Notes under the pieces: generated by a model | Told to the model about the DNA's origin: nothing | The model's database searches: none | The model's input: the letters and a program-made list of their open reading frames with translations, nothing else | In this document: positions 1-12,632 of the stretch, in pieces | Numbering within the stretch: the first letter of the stretch is position 1 | How the letters are laid out: every line of letters starts with the position of its first letter | Made by a program: the position numbers and the translations under genes | Assembly (NCBI RefSeq): GCF_036588685.1 | Contig: NC_086375.1 | Coordinates: 69,130,001-69,194,000, forward strand | Direction: 5' to 3' | DNA from: Mytilus trossulus | Taxonomy: Eukaryota | DNA: 64,000 nucleotides

Positions 1-45
1 CTTTTAGATATTTGGATGATATTTTGGCTCTCAATAATGCCGACA
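1..45 (+). pseudogene. Penelope-like RT fragment
   Basis: Translates FRYLDDILALNNAD. Confidence 0.55.
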
Positions 46-103
46 AACTTTGAAAGGTCACAAATAGGGGTACAATTTAAAAGTGGCGTTAAACATAAAT
101 CAT

Positions 104-563
104 GGTCCGAGACCACTATTATTTCGTAGTGCATTTCTTTTAGAACATAAATGAAAATGAAAAAAATCCCTTAATGAAACTTTTACAGTGTGTAGTACTT
201 CTTTTGGGACAAATTATATCAAAATTATAGAAAACGTCATCGGCTCTAACTCAAAATATGGACAATTTTATGTTTAGGGCGTCTTAAAATCTTTTGACAG
301 CTTCCGAAGTGCTAATTTTAAACCTTTTTCAGCTGGACCAAATCACTTCTTTCCTTTAAAATTCTGGACCCAAATTTTTTTACAGTGTAATTTCACCCCC
401 TACTTGCAATTTGAGGCATTAAACATGGAGAAATAAATTTGGAAGGGGTATAAAAATTAATGACAAGTAACCCACTGTCAACACTAAGGACTACATTTGT
501 GAACAACGAAAATCAAGGGACGACAATGCGAAAATCAAGGGACGACAATGGTGGTCTCGGACC
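104..563. mobile_element. MITE with 17-bp TIR and 4-bp TSD
   Basis: GGTCCGAGACCACTATT / AATGGTGGTCTCGGACC (16/17), TCAT on both flanks. Confidence 0.8.
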
Positions 564-1850
564 TCATCGTTCAATTTATCAGATTGATCTATACCATTTG
601 GTTTTCAAAATAATATTTTCTTTCATTTATCTGCTATTTTGTACATATAAAGATGAAACATAAAAACATATAATACTGATACCTATTTAGACAAAATACA
701 GGACATTCTGTTCAAAATGTTTTACTATTTAGATCATTTGTCACACTATTCGGGTGTCGGACAATTGAGTATCCGACTAAATAAAAAGCTGGTGTATTTT
801 TTGAAATTGATTAAAACATTGTATACTCTTATTTATAATACAGTAGGGCACATTCCATAAAATTTACAAATGCTCATTGATCACAATCAAAGAAAAGGAG
901 TAACGACACAGTTGTTGAAAATGTAAAGCTACCAGTCTTGTATTACAACTCCAGTTTCCTGTGCATGTCAAAACATGGAGGGAAACATAATAGTTTTTTT
1001 CTGATTTTTTTCTGAACTCAATTTTTACTGTTTGATTATAGGTTTATGCTGAATTGAAACATATATATGGACTTTAAAAAATATTGCATCTTTTGGGGGA
1101 TATCAATCCAGGAAAGTGGAAGGATATCATGTTTACTGCAAGTGGTGCGGCCTAGTAAAACAGCAAACAGAACGTATAAAAAAAATACTTCGACTTCAGC
1201 ATTTTGTAACTTTTTATTTTCGTGGCATGATGCATTTTTTTTTCTCTCTCGATTAAATTACAATTTCACATTAGTACATACATGATATGAACATGAATTT
1301 TTTTTTCTATGTAGCATTTTTTATTTTTTCAAAGATCAGCTGTTGTGCATGTAAGCTTATAGAGCAGTCAATTACAAGACTGCAACCCAAAGGCAAACAT
1401 ATTTATAACTATTTCTTCAATTTGAAACAATAAAACGTATTTTTAAAGTTGTCTGAATTAAATATTATTAAGATATGCATCTGTTGTTTTTTATTCAAAT
1501 TTGACATTTTGAAAAAATGGTAAATAGTTCAGTCTTTGGTCCTATTCGGAACATTCCGTGTTATCTTCACCAAATCCGACTGAAAATCATGGCCAATGCT
1601 TTTTAAGATAAAAATTAAATAAAATAAACACATAACAAAGTTGATTAAAATTTTAACTCATTTTTTTTTTTAATTTAGACTCATTTATCTTTGATCAAAG
1701 AATCTCATTGAGATGAAAGCTAACGGGGGGAAAAACATCAAAATAAGACTTATAGAAAGGCTTTTTAAACTAGGACTAGCCTTACTTCAATTCTTGCTTC
1801 GACATTTGTCTATTTTAACTGACTTATTAAAATTAGTATTATTTGTAATT

Positions 1851-2000
1851 GGTTGTCAAAGGTACCAGGATTATAATTTAGAACGCCAGACGCGCGTTTC
1901 GTCTACATCATCAGTGACGCTCATATCAAAATATTTATAAAGCCAAACAAGTAAAAAGTTGAAGAGCATTGAGGATCCAAAATTCCAAACCGTTGTGCCA
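1851..2000 (-). mobile_element. Hammerhead-repeat copy with stem II deletion
   Basis: CTGATGA and GAAACGCGCGTC retained; 6 nt of stem II lost relative to the 27779 copy. Confidence 0.75.
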
Positions 2001-2598
2001 AAAAAAGGTGACAGTACCCAATTTATTTGGACACAAAAACATTTTTCTTAATGCAAGATTATGCTATTTTGTTAATTAAGTATATGAAATATGTATTTTA
2101 ATAAATTCTTCAATTCTACATTCAATGTTTTATTGTAAGACATCATTTTAACTTTTATTAGAAAAAATTTCATCAGAAGATTCCTAAAATATTGAAAAAA
2201 GTAACAAAAAAATTGAGTTAATAATTTCTGAAAGCTCCTTTCTATCTTAAAGACTTAACTTAATCTAATGACTCAATAATCGCTTCAACAATAATTGTTT
2301 AGAAAAAAAATATAAAAATAGATTTAAATCGAGAAGCCCTTTAATGCGGAGAATGGCCTATTAATATATTGACATAAGACACTATATTCTAACATTGATT
2401 CCATATGCACTATATACATAATATGGTTCCATGTGTTTACAACAGTTCTAAAAATATTGGAATGGGTTCGCTGAAAATTTTTGAAGTATTGATTAGTGAC
2501 TAATATTTTACTGATATAAAACAGTGCTATTCAGCCATCGAGATGAATAATTTGCGATTTGATAGATCAGAATACATTTGTCGAATACCATCCACAAA

Positions 2599-3274
2599 AT
2601 GACTATGAAAGATGAAAAAGATTTCGTCGTACTTTTGGAACTTAATAACTCAAGGGTTAAAACAACATCAGAGAAATATGTTTGGGCCGTGTTACTTCTG
2701 GCTGTTGTAATTATTTTATTGGTTTTATCTGTAGGAGGCGTGGTAATATATAAAATTCTACAGGCTGGTTCTGAAAACATCGTTTTAACGAAAGAATTCA
2801 ATATTTCGGTAAGCTAAAACTTTTATACCCGTCCTAAAACATTGATTTCAACCTTCAAATTCGTTTCACTGTGTAGTTGCTTATGATCTTTCTACGTTGT
2901 CACATGAAACAGTAAAACAAATTCAAAGAAAAACATATTTAGTCTGCTCCATGTTCGGGTTGTTGTCGCTTTGACACGTTTCCCATTTCCTTTCTTAATG
3001 TTATAGCAAATCATTATAATTAGAAAGAGGCAAAATAATGACAAAAATAATAATTAAAAAAACGGAGCCCGTCTATCCACAAACCACCTTACATGTACAA
3101 AGAAACATATAATGAATGACAGGAACCTAACAAAATTCATCCAGATTACTCCGTTGCAATTTCTTCCTAGTTTTGTGATTTTACTTTTATATAACAATAT
3201 CGCGATGTTGGTTATTGGTACTCAATTCAATAGTAGATTTCACATTTATATTTCTTTTTTAGAGCATAAACTAA
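2599..3274 (+). CDS. Putative small type II membrane protein 1 (about 73 aa; exons 2599-2808 and 3263-3274)
   Basis: MTMKDEKDFVVLL...EKYVWAVLLLAVVIILLVLSVGGVVIY...FNIS|GTAAG, phase 0; acceptor tttcttttttAG then SIN*. Confidence 0.5.
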
Positions 3275-4309
3275 TGTATCGTTATATGTTGTTACTTGGA
3301 AGAAATGGAAATGTGTAATAATCGTTATATCGAAGGAAAAAAGCTGGTTTATACTGCAGAAAACGAATACCAGTATGAAACAATGACTAAACGTGTGTGT
3401 ATAATTCAGGGAGTGGTGATCGCAGTGCATGATGTTGAGCTGTCCATTATGAAGACTTATTCAAATGTTTTGAACAGTTATATAATTATCGATAAAAAGT
3501 TATAATGTGTTATGCCAGTTATTGATTGTTTTATTGTATTACATATATTCTATTAATTCAATTGTCGTTTAAACTTATTAAAATATTCAGTTGCTCTATC
3601 AAAAAAGTTTTTATAATAATCTAATTATATCATCATAACAGACATGTTTATTACTTGTTTTTTAAATATTTGATTATGTGTTAATTACTGAACATTTAAT
3701 TACTGGATTACGTTTCCGATATAATATTGTTTGTTTATCTCAATTATCCAGTTCAAGGTATACATAGTATAAATACTGATTAATTTACATAGATCGCTTC
3801 CCGTCATGGTTTTTGTCAAGACATAATCATATCATCAGGATAAACGTACCAAATTAATATGAATTTTATATATAATACATATCAAATGTCATCTGTGTAT
3901 TGCACGTTTATAGTTTGTTATTCAATACATTTTCTGTTTACTATTTTGCATAATGTTTCATATATCTTTAAAAATTCAACTTAAGGAGAGAAAAAAGTAT
4001 GACTGTCCTTTGTCACAAAACACACTAAGCATGTATTGCAACATAGTATTACCTGTACCTTTAATTAATTTCAATATAGATTGGTTTAACAACGATAAAT
4101 TTCAAACACTATCTAACTACCTGTGATTAAAATATTTATTTATAGAAAAACGACAGTGAAAATTTTCTTTCTTTTGTAAATAGTTGATAGGTTTCTATTG
4201 ATATATATTATGACACTGTCAGATATAGATTAGATTGTATTCATTCATTTTCAGTAATATATAAGTTGAAAAAAAAGAATGAGAGATATAATAAAGGCAA
4301 CCGTAGTAA

Positions 4310-4731
4310 TAAGGGAAAACGGTAGTATTACATTTTCCTAGCATAAGGTTGGCCTTTTGTGTACCCGACAGGGCGTAGGAAGTCAACTTAAGACCGCTGT
4401 GATTGGATGTACGGGTACAATATATTTTTTATTTATCTATTAATAACTGCAGTGTGAATATTTACAATATTAATTTTAGAACCTATTGAAATATTTCTAG
4501 AAAATTATTCGAAAAGGCTTCCAAAATTTCATAAATTTGGTGTAAAATGACGGTGTGCATGGATAATATAAACCAGCTGCGTTGGAAATTGGTCATGATA
4601 CTATTTGGCTTATATTTCTAAAATAGAATAATAAAGTACTAACCCCACACATAACTGTTTTATCAAGGTTTTAAATTTAGAAAATGTTTGTATCGTCACC
4701 TATGGCATAATAAATAGTATCGTTTTCCCTA
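4310..4731. mobile_element. MITE inserted in a PLE-associated repeat
   Basis: Imperfect TIR AGGGAAAACGGTAGTATT / AATAGTATCGTTTTCCCT; splits the repeat seen uninterrupted near 39868 (aaaggcaacagtagtatac...ctgttc). Confidence 0.65.
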
Positions 4732-5969
4732 GTAAACCGCTGTTCAAAATTCATAAATCGACAGAGAAAAAACAAATCCGGGTTACAAACTAAATCTAAG
4801 GAAAACGTATCAAATATAAAAGAACTACGACAACACCGAAACGTAACACACACAGAAACGAACTATGATGTAACAACGGCCATTTTCCTGACTTGGTAAA
4901 GGGCATATTATTAAAAAAGGTGGGTTGAACCTAGTTTTGTGTCATGCCAAACATCCCGCTTTGATGACAGTGTTAATTATAACATTAAAATGACAACATT
5001 ACACGACAGGGTTACAATAAATAAACAGATAAATGGGGGGAAATATAGGACAGAAAACAAACGAATAATAGCCACCAAAAGGTAACAGGTTAAAATATAT
5101 ATTTTTATACGCCAGACGCGAGCTACGTCCACACAAAACTATGCTTAGTTGTTATAAGTTTGAAAGCCATAACAACTACAAAGTTGAAGATCGCCATGGA
5201 CCAAAAGTTCAAAAAAGTTGTGAGGCAAGGGTTATCCGCCTGGGACAAAAACATCAATATTATCAAGAATTATACATAGTTTTGCAAACACTGAATTTCA
5301 AAAATGACAATATCATAGATATAAATGATTAAACTTAAGTGGTGACTAGCTATCGAATAAAGACGAATACATTACAAAATCCCAGCCCTGTTCGCCATAG
5401 TCAATGCAACGCCCTACGTGACGTCACATTAAAATTTCTAGAACGTGTTCCGAAAATTAAGAAAGAATTGGGATGAAATTCAAGACTAGATTTGAATGAC
5501 TTATCTAACTTATATTAATAACAGTGAAAATTATAATACTAATTAATATTTAAATGTAGTAGTAATTAGATAATTAATTGTATTATTTGGCTTTGTGGGT
5601 GTTTCTTCTGATCAAACTGCAAACCAAATATATAGTGTAAATTTCGTTGATCCAAAATTAAATCTACCAAATGAACTTGATGAGTAATTATCACCAACAC
5701 AACACAAAAAAAACAACAGGAAAAAAATACGATATACAACTACAAACGTGAAGACATTTGACAAAATCCTATGACAAAACAAACACAACATCAAAACCCA
5801 ACAAATTGATTTGGGATGGAAAAGTACCGTGCCACGTCTTAAAGCAATACGAATTAACACTCAGCCAAATATTCATAATCGGGAATAAGTCACGTTCGGT
5901 AATAAAAAGATCAGACGACGTTATGACAAACCACAATCTAACACGTGGTAAAAATGTCCATAGTTAGTT

Positions 5970-6950
5970 TGGAAAAAGGTACATCATATGGATCAACCAA
6001 TTCGTGATGGTGTCCGTAAATTTTACGGAGTGTCATTTTTAATCTGTCCTCCTTATAACTTTTGTTCTGCGATAGGAGCACACTCCTTTATATGAAGTCC
6101 GTATAGTGTGAACATGCACGAGAATAACGTATCAATTGAGATATGTAAACACCTTACGAAGGGGCAGAGGGTATGTTACTGCTTTGAAATGGGAAATTGA
6201 TAATTGGGAAGTTGAAATCGTCCCGTTTATCATATATTTTCGTGTGAAGTCGTCCATCTGTGTCAATATTGACAAAAAGATCAAGGTATGAAGCAGTCCT
6301 TCTAGTATGAGTAGTATCCTTAATTTCAAATTCGCTGGAATATATGAGATGAAAGTATTAGCTGAAATATGAGTTATTCAGTAATAGAACATCATCAATA
6401 TATCGGAAAGTGTAATTAAAGAATTTCGCAAGGTGCTTTTTCTGTTTGTCTTTTAAAAGGATTTGAATGAATTCTGCTTCATACGAGTACAAAAACAAAT
6501 CGGCTAGTAGGGGTCAACAAATAGTATCCATTGGAATACCAATTGTCTGTTAAAATAGGAATCCTCCAAACTCAACAAATATATTGTCGATCAAAAAGTC
6601 CCGCATTTTGATAATATCCTCTTCAGTATATTTTCTTGTAGATTCAGTGTGATTCCTCACAAAACATAAATTATTGTAACCCAAAACAAGAAATTTGTAT
6701 CTACGATTCCCATTTTTATAGAAACAGACCTGTTTAATGAGATGGTGGAGTCGATCTTTCAACTGAGCATGAAGAATAGTAGTGTAAAGGGTCGAAAAAT
6801 CCAAATTCTTTACGTTACTGCAAAATTGCAAAGATTGTGATCGAAGATTAAGCAATAGATATTCGGAATATTTAGTAATTTTTTTACTTTATTTAAACAT
6901 TCGGATACAAGACGAAGCCTCCCGTACAGCCAACAGTCAAATAACTTCAG
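5970..6950 (-). pseudogene. Penelope-like element reverse transcriptase remnant
   Basis: DFSTLYT, FLIDNIFVEFGG, GIPM...PLLADLFLYSYE, FRYIDDVLLLNN (about 6376-6410); stops and frameshifts; 3' repeats with a degenerate hammerhead follow on the same strand (4730-5340). Confidence 0.85.
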
Positions 6951-7350
6951 AAGGGTGCTCCTGCCGAATGGGTGTGTTTCAACGGTATATTATTTTTATA
7001 TCTGACTCAACCCTTTTGGATTTTTCAACATTCATGTGATTTCTTTCTACCATTGTTCACAATTATACATACACGCATTATTTAGAATTTGGATGTGTAC
7101 CAGCATACAATTACAAATAACAAAAAGTAAAGAATGATGGTCTTTGTCTGAACAAAACAAAATAACAACATTACCGAACTCCGAGGAAAACTCAAATCGA
7201 TAACTTATTCAAACAACAAAATGAAAGAGTTCAAACACATCAAAAGAAAGGATAAGAACCTGCATATTCCTTAAATGATACAGGCGTTTTGAAAGTATAG
7301 TTGGTTCCTATAGAGATGCGGACAATCTGCCGAAAAATTCTACCTCCAAA

Positions 7351-8047
7351 CAGGGGTCGAAATTAAGCTTTTTAGTGTACTGGCCAGCCGGACCAGTGGA
7401 CTTTAAATCACCTGGTCCGTCTCAAAATTTACTGTTCCTGCAAAAATGACATTAATTTGATAACCACTAAAAGATATGACAGATGTTTAGTTTTATTTTC
7501 CTCAGCTGCTTTTCATTTCTTTATTCCAGTAGATTTTTGTGCTGTTGTGTTTGTTTATGAGCAAGTACAAAATCATACTTAAAATTTGAAGATCCCGTTA
7601 CAAAAATACATTTCTCATCTAGGTCTGTCACTGCAAATTGTTCACATGTTTTACAATGCATTACCTTACGATCGACTTTACAATTTAACCATTCGAGATC
7701 TTTTTCCAAGGATATTTTATATTTACGTTTCTTTTTGTCAGTTTGAAAAATCTTTCTTTTGAATGTCGCTTAATTAATTAATTTGTTTTGCCCGGTGTTT
7801 TAACTCCATCAAAAAAAAATGTGTAGTGCGCTCACCTGAGATATTAATTAAATATTTTTAAAATAGAACCCCCAGTACCCTAAAAAATAATTTCTCAGGT
7901 TTATTTTTTTGTAAACAAACCGAGATAAAGATGCAAACAATGTTTTTGACGAAAAGTTTCTACTGGTCCGTTGGACCACCAGCTAACAAAATCTACTGGT
8001 GCGACACAGATTCTACTGGTCGCGGACCACCGGACCAGCGCCAATTT
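7351..8047 (-). mobile_element. Internally deleted hAT-type DNA transposon with TTF-type zinc-finger remnant
   Basis: CAGGGGTCGAAATT end; subterminal ACTGGTCC/GGACCA repeats; ORF 7521-7709 (WL...CKTC...F.TGSSNF......H.....H); other end truncated. Confidence 0.7.
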
Positions 8048-8260
8048 AATAATAATCAGTGAGGCTCAAATCAAAATATTTATACAGCCAAACAAGTACA
8101 AAGTTGAAGAGCATTGAGGATAAAAAATTCCAGATAGTTTTGTTAACAGGAAATTTATAAAATTTACCACTTTATTGATATTCATGTCAACACAGAAGCG
8201 TTGTCTACCCTCGGGGACGAATTGTCCACCAGCAGTGGCATCGACCCAGTGGTGTAAATA

Positions 8261-9596
8261 TTTTTTTTGTAATTATTTTATTTTTCGAGATGAAACATGT
8301 GAAATTACATAATACAGTATTAGACACAAATTATAAAGAGTTAATTAATACTTGTAAGATCGATTAAATCATAATGATATAATAAGATATACATCTTACA
8401 ATTGATTGTTAATTAAACGCAGCTTCTAACAGTTGCCACTACTGATCCATTTTTAATTTTTGTGTAGGGGTTAAGAAACAGACAGAGCATTTTTCTATTT
8501 TAGTCCAATACTTTAAATATTCTATCCCACCTTATTGTGTGGGAAATACACTCGTACATCTACATTTGTATATATAGTATTTGAGGAACAACAAGATATT
8601 ATTAACTGTTTTTACTGTTGACAAAATCCTCAGAAACACCTAAAATGACCTCTTTTGCACTAAAAGGCAAGAAGAAATCAGAATTTCTAATCCAATCTAT
8701 AATGGTTGACCAGAAGTTTGGTGTTACATTAATGTGAAAAATATTTTCTCTAACTTCTTAACAAAATGTATATAGTTCAGTTTATTTAATTTACATTTAT
8801 ATAAAAAGGAATTACATGGTAAAATCATAAGAACAAACTTTTAAATTGAAAATTTTGTAAAAACGAATTTTTGGTTATAATAAAGGCGTGGAATAAAAAG
8901 CATTCAAATCGTCAATCTGTAAATTTAAATCTATTTTCCATTTGTTACGGGAAGAATGTGATAATACTTAATTATCTGTCAGAAATAAATTATAGAAAAA
9001 TTTACAAGATTTTGGTTCTTTTTTAACCTTATCTACTTATTTATTTTCAATATTATCAAGTTTAGAACTACCTTCTATACTACTTTTCCATCTATTTGGA
9101 ATAGCACTTAAAATACCATAAAACTCTACAAAATTAGTACTGATATTATACTTTTTCTCAAATTCTTCATATGAGAATAATGGAATTTTATCTGACACCA
9201 GATCATTGATAAAAAAATATGCAATTTTCAATATATTAACCCTTCAAAATCATCTTGCCATCTATTTTGATGTTTGGATTTAGCCATATGGACTGGGCCA
9301 GAATATCGGTATTGTTTTCAACTTTCAACTTATTTTTCAATTTTGAAAAATTTACTTATCATGTCGAATGGGATTGACTTTTTTGCTAAATAAAGCAATC
9401 CTTCCTTACTTAAATGTTAATTTGTCCCCCCCCCCCCCATTTTTTTTTATATAACTAAGCAGCAAAACATTCCAATGAGAGTAATTTTGGGGGTCTAGTA
9501 ATTTATACGGCCAAGACATTTTTACGCTATAACAGAAATAGTAAATATTAGGCATCTTAAGACCGCCATCACAGTGTTCGGACATAACCACTGTTG
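8261..9596 (-). mobile_element. 5'-truncated L1/Tx1-like LINE
   Basis: GGLKMPNIYYF...SW post-RT motif and degenerate C-terminal region; short A tail (T8 at 8261-8268); 10-bp TSD GGTGTAAATA (8251-8260, 9597-9606). Confidence 0.8.
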
Positions 9597-9859
9597 GGTG
9601 TAAATAGTTATCAAAGGTAACAGGATAATAATTTGGTACGCCAGACGCGCGTTTGGTCTACATACATTTTGTAAGACTAATTAGTGACGCTCAAATCAAA
9701 ATATTTATAAAGCCAAACAAGTACAAAGTGGAAGACCAATGAAGATCCAAAATTCCAAATAGTTGTGCCAAATACGGATAAGGTAATCATAAATGAGTTA
9801 TGAAATATAACCAATGCAAGCTGGTACCATCGGAACATTCCCATCCAAAATAGGAAAAT

Positions 9860-10330
9860 TAACGGTAGGGGAGATATTCGTTCCTTATTTGCAAATTATA
9901 ATTTAGAATTTCCCCTTTTAGACTGAAATAACTTACACTTATAGGAAAAAAACAGTTGTTACCGTTTATGATATTATTTAAAACACGTAAAACTTTTGGC
10001 AGTATATTCATAAAACATTCTTGATTATTGAACGTACAAATATCATTAAGATAAGGATAAGTATAGTTGAATTTATCAATTAAATTTATCAATTAAATGC
10101 AATTTATACAGGTTTAACTAAGTTTTGTTCATAAAAATACAAGAAAAAAAATTATCTTAAAGGGTTGTAATTCGTGCCCATAGAAATACCTTCAACATGT
10201 CAATGCACATTATTTCCAAAATATAGATAATATGCTATTAAGGCTATCTACTAAACGCTTCAATCATCTCATCATACCTCTAGTTAGTTCATTGATAGAT
10301 TACACGCCAGCTTCAATAGGCAATACGGTC
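9860..10330 (-). pseudogene. Degenerate Penelope-like RT remnant
   Basis: FNYTYPYLNDICTFNN resembles the FRYIDD region; GISMGTN-like motif near 10175-10190. Confidence 0.6.
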
Positions 10331-11382
10331 TTAAATTTTCGATTTTTCGACGACAAGAGTAGGAGAATACTGTTTGCAAATAAACGATTTTAAAAGAAAT
10401 AAATGTACCACGATGCTGTTAGTAATGATTATATCATGTGAGCTTTCGGCTGAAGTACGTTATACGCATTATACGTAGTAAAAGCTGTGGTTTGTTTAAA
10501 TGTACGCATTGAGAAGTCATGATTATTGGCTTATTTATCTGATGACTGGCATAAATAACTTATTATATACAGTTATTGTTTTGTAAAGAATATCAATAGA
10601 ATTAAAATACTGTTTAGATTTAAATTGTTATCTGTTAAATATGTAAATTATCATGAATGTATTGATTTCGGCCTTAAAATACAATACAATTAATGGATGT
10701 CATTTTTTTAATCTTAATGGATCAAAAGTAGGTATGTTATTTTACATTTACTTATTTTTTTGTCTATGTAATTCAACCATTGGAGATATATATTTCCTGC
10801 AAAGGAAACAGTGAGAGAATTGCCCTGTACAGGGAAACATTATTCTCAACCTTTTACTGGGTTTTGAAGACATTTTTTAGCTATATAAGTTCTAATTGTG
10901 TCTGTCTTGTCCTCTTCGGTATAAAGATTGAAATAAGTATGATGTGATACTGTATCGCTTTACACAACACGATACGTATATGTATCCGGTTGATATCTTT
11001 ATTTGTGGTGTTAAATCGGTCCATTTTTTTCACGAGTGTAGATCATGTTTTTTTCAAGTCATGTTCATTCATATCGATTTACTTCCATTTTCACACATAT
11101 TTATTGATTATCCTTGAGTATGACAACGAGATTGATTTTCTCGCTTGATCCGGTACGATGACCAATGCTTTTCTGTTAATCGCTATTTTACTAACGATGA
11201 CGTTGTTATCTTCATTGACAACGCGAATGTGCACCTTTTGTTTCTAGCGATAGTTTTTCATATCATCCTACTGTGCTGAGAACGGAAATTTTCAGTCAGT
11301 AAGATCAAAGGAAAATTTCGTAAAATAGCGAAAAAATAGTTTCATGACTGTTCATAGATAACAGGATTGAAATTTTGCATTA

Positions 11383-12215
11383 GCGCTAGACGCTCATTTT
11401 GTCTTCAAAGACTCATCGGTGGCGCGCTAATCGAAAGAGTCAAAAATGACAAATACAGTACGAAGTTAAAGAGCAAAGGACTAATACACAAAACAATACA
11501 CAAAGTAATGCCAATTACATCTACGTTAATCTATTCGTGAGGTGAAAAAGACTTATATATTGTTAAATCACAAAATACTTAACTCCGATCAAAATTAAAA
11601 ACGGAAAGTCCCTTATCAAATGAAAAAAGCCTAAAACACATCAAACGAATGGGTTTCAACTGTCATATTCTTGAATTCGCACAGGCATTTCCTTATGTAG
11701 ACAATGGTGGATTAAATCTGGTTTTATAGCAAGCTTAAACTGTCATTTGTATTGCAGCCGCATCAAATTCCATTATTTTGACAACGATGCGTTAACAAAA
11801 CAGGCAGACGTGATAGGTAAAAATAATAATAAAAAAATAAAGGTACGACAGTCAACATTGTGTTATAATTGTTTTCACTAAAAAAAGAAAACAAATATGT
11901 AACAAATGAGCAGAAAATGCGTATAAAGACAGCACATTAGCAAAAATGATAGACAAGAATACAAAAAATCACCATTATAACACAATGGCAGGAAGTATAT
12001 AAGTATATCAAATGGGTAGCTCCAAAAAACAGAATAAACAGTTAAATTATAATTCATAGAAACAAATAAAAGAATATTATAATACGTTATAAAGACAATA
12101 AACCATGTCAATACCCAATAATCTATACTTCAGAACAATCGCATATTATTTGTGATGTTGATACGGAATATTAAGCAACAAGGTCGTGATACCTTCAGAT
12201 GATTTTTTTTCAAAA
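11383..12215 (-). mobile_element. PLE 3' remnant: degenerate RT end, abundant interspersed repeat, mutated hammerhead
   Basis: Repeat shared with 7160-7290, 23690-23890, 33865-34250, 37680-38310, 39430-39630, 40060-40210 and 40875-41080; hammerhead core reads CCGATGA/AAAA at 11383-11425. Confidence 0.65.
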
Positions 12216-12544
12216 AAAGGACGAGATCTTATTTGACATTGCCCTAGATCATCAACTTTTCTACATTGCCTGAATGATAAAACATATCACAATCGATACA
12301 TAATAAAATTAAAGATAGGTTTTCTGTTTCGCACATTATGTGTATTTATGTATCATTCTAACATGTCTGAGCTCTTATAAAGAGTGTTTACATCACGATA
12401 TTTGAATAAAAATGAATGACGCCCTTTAATGAAATGTACTCATTTACTTTTTTACAACAACTCAACTAGTGAAATCTTAAATGTTACAAGAGGAAATATT
12501 TTATCATTACTATAATGATGGGACATCTTACAATTTTGCAGGTG

Positions 12545-12632
12545 ATGAGTAACCTTCCAAAGAAAATAACAATTATGGCAGAACAGAGAGGTGTTCCATA
12601 CGATAGAGGATGGGCTTGGATGATTGTAGTTG
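12545..12632 (+). CDS. MCT coding exon 1 (MSNLPKK...DRGWAWMIVV)
   Basis: Acceptor ttttgcAG ending 12541 (implies an upstream 5'UTR exon); donor G|GTAAAG. Confidence 0.88.

Noticed and set aside
10600-10736. Possible non-coding first exon of the MCT gene (AG|GTATGT near 10731)
   Set aside because: Cannot be supported without transcript data
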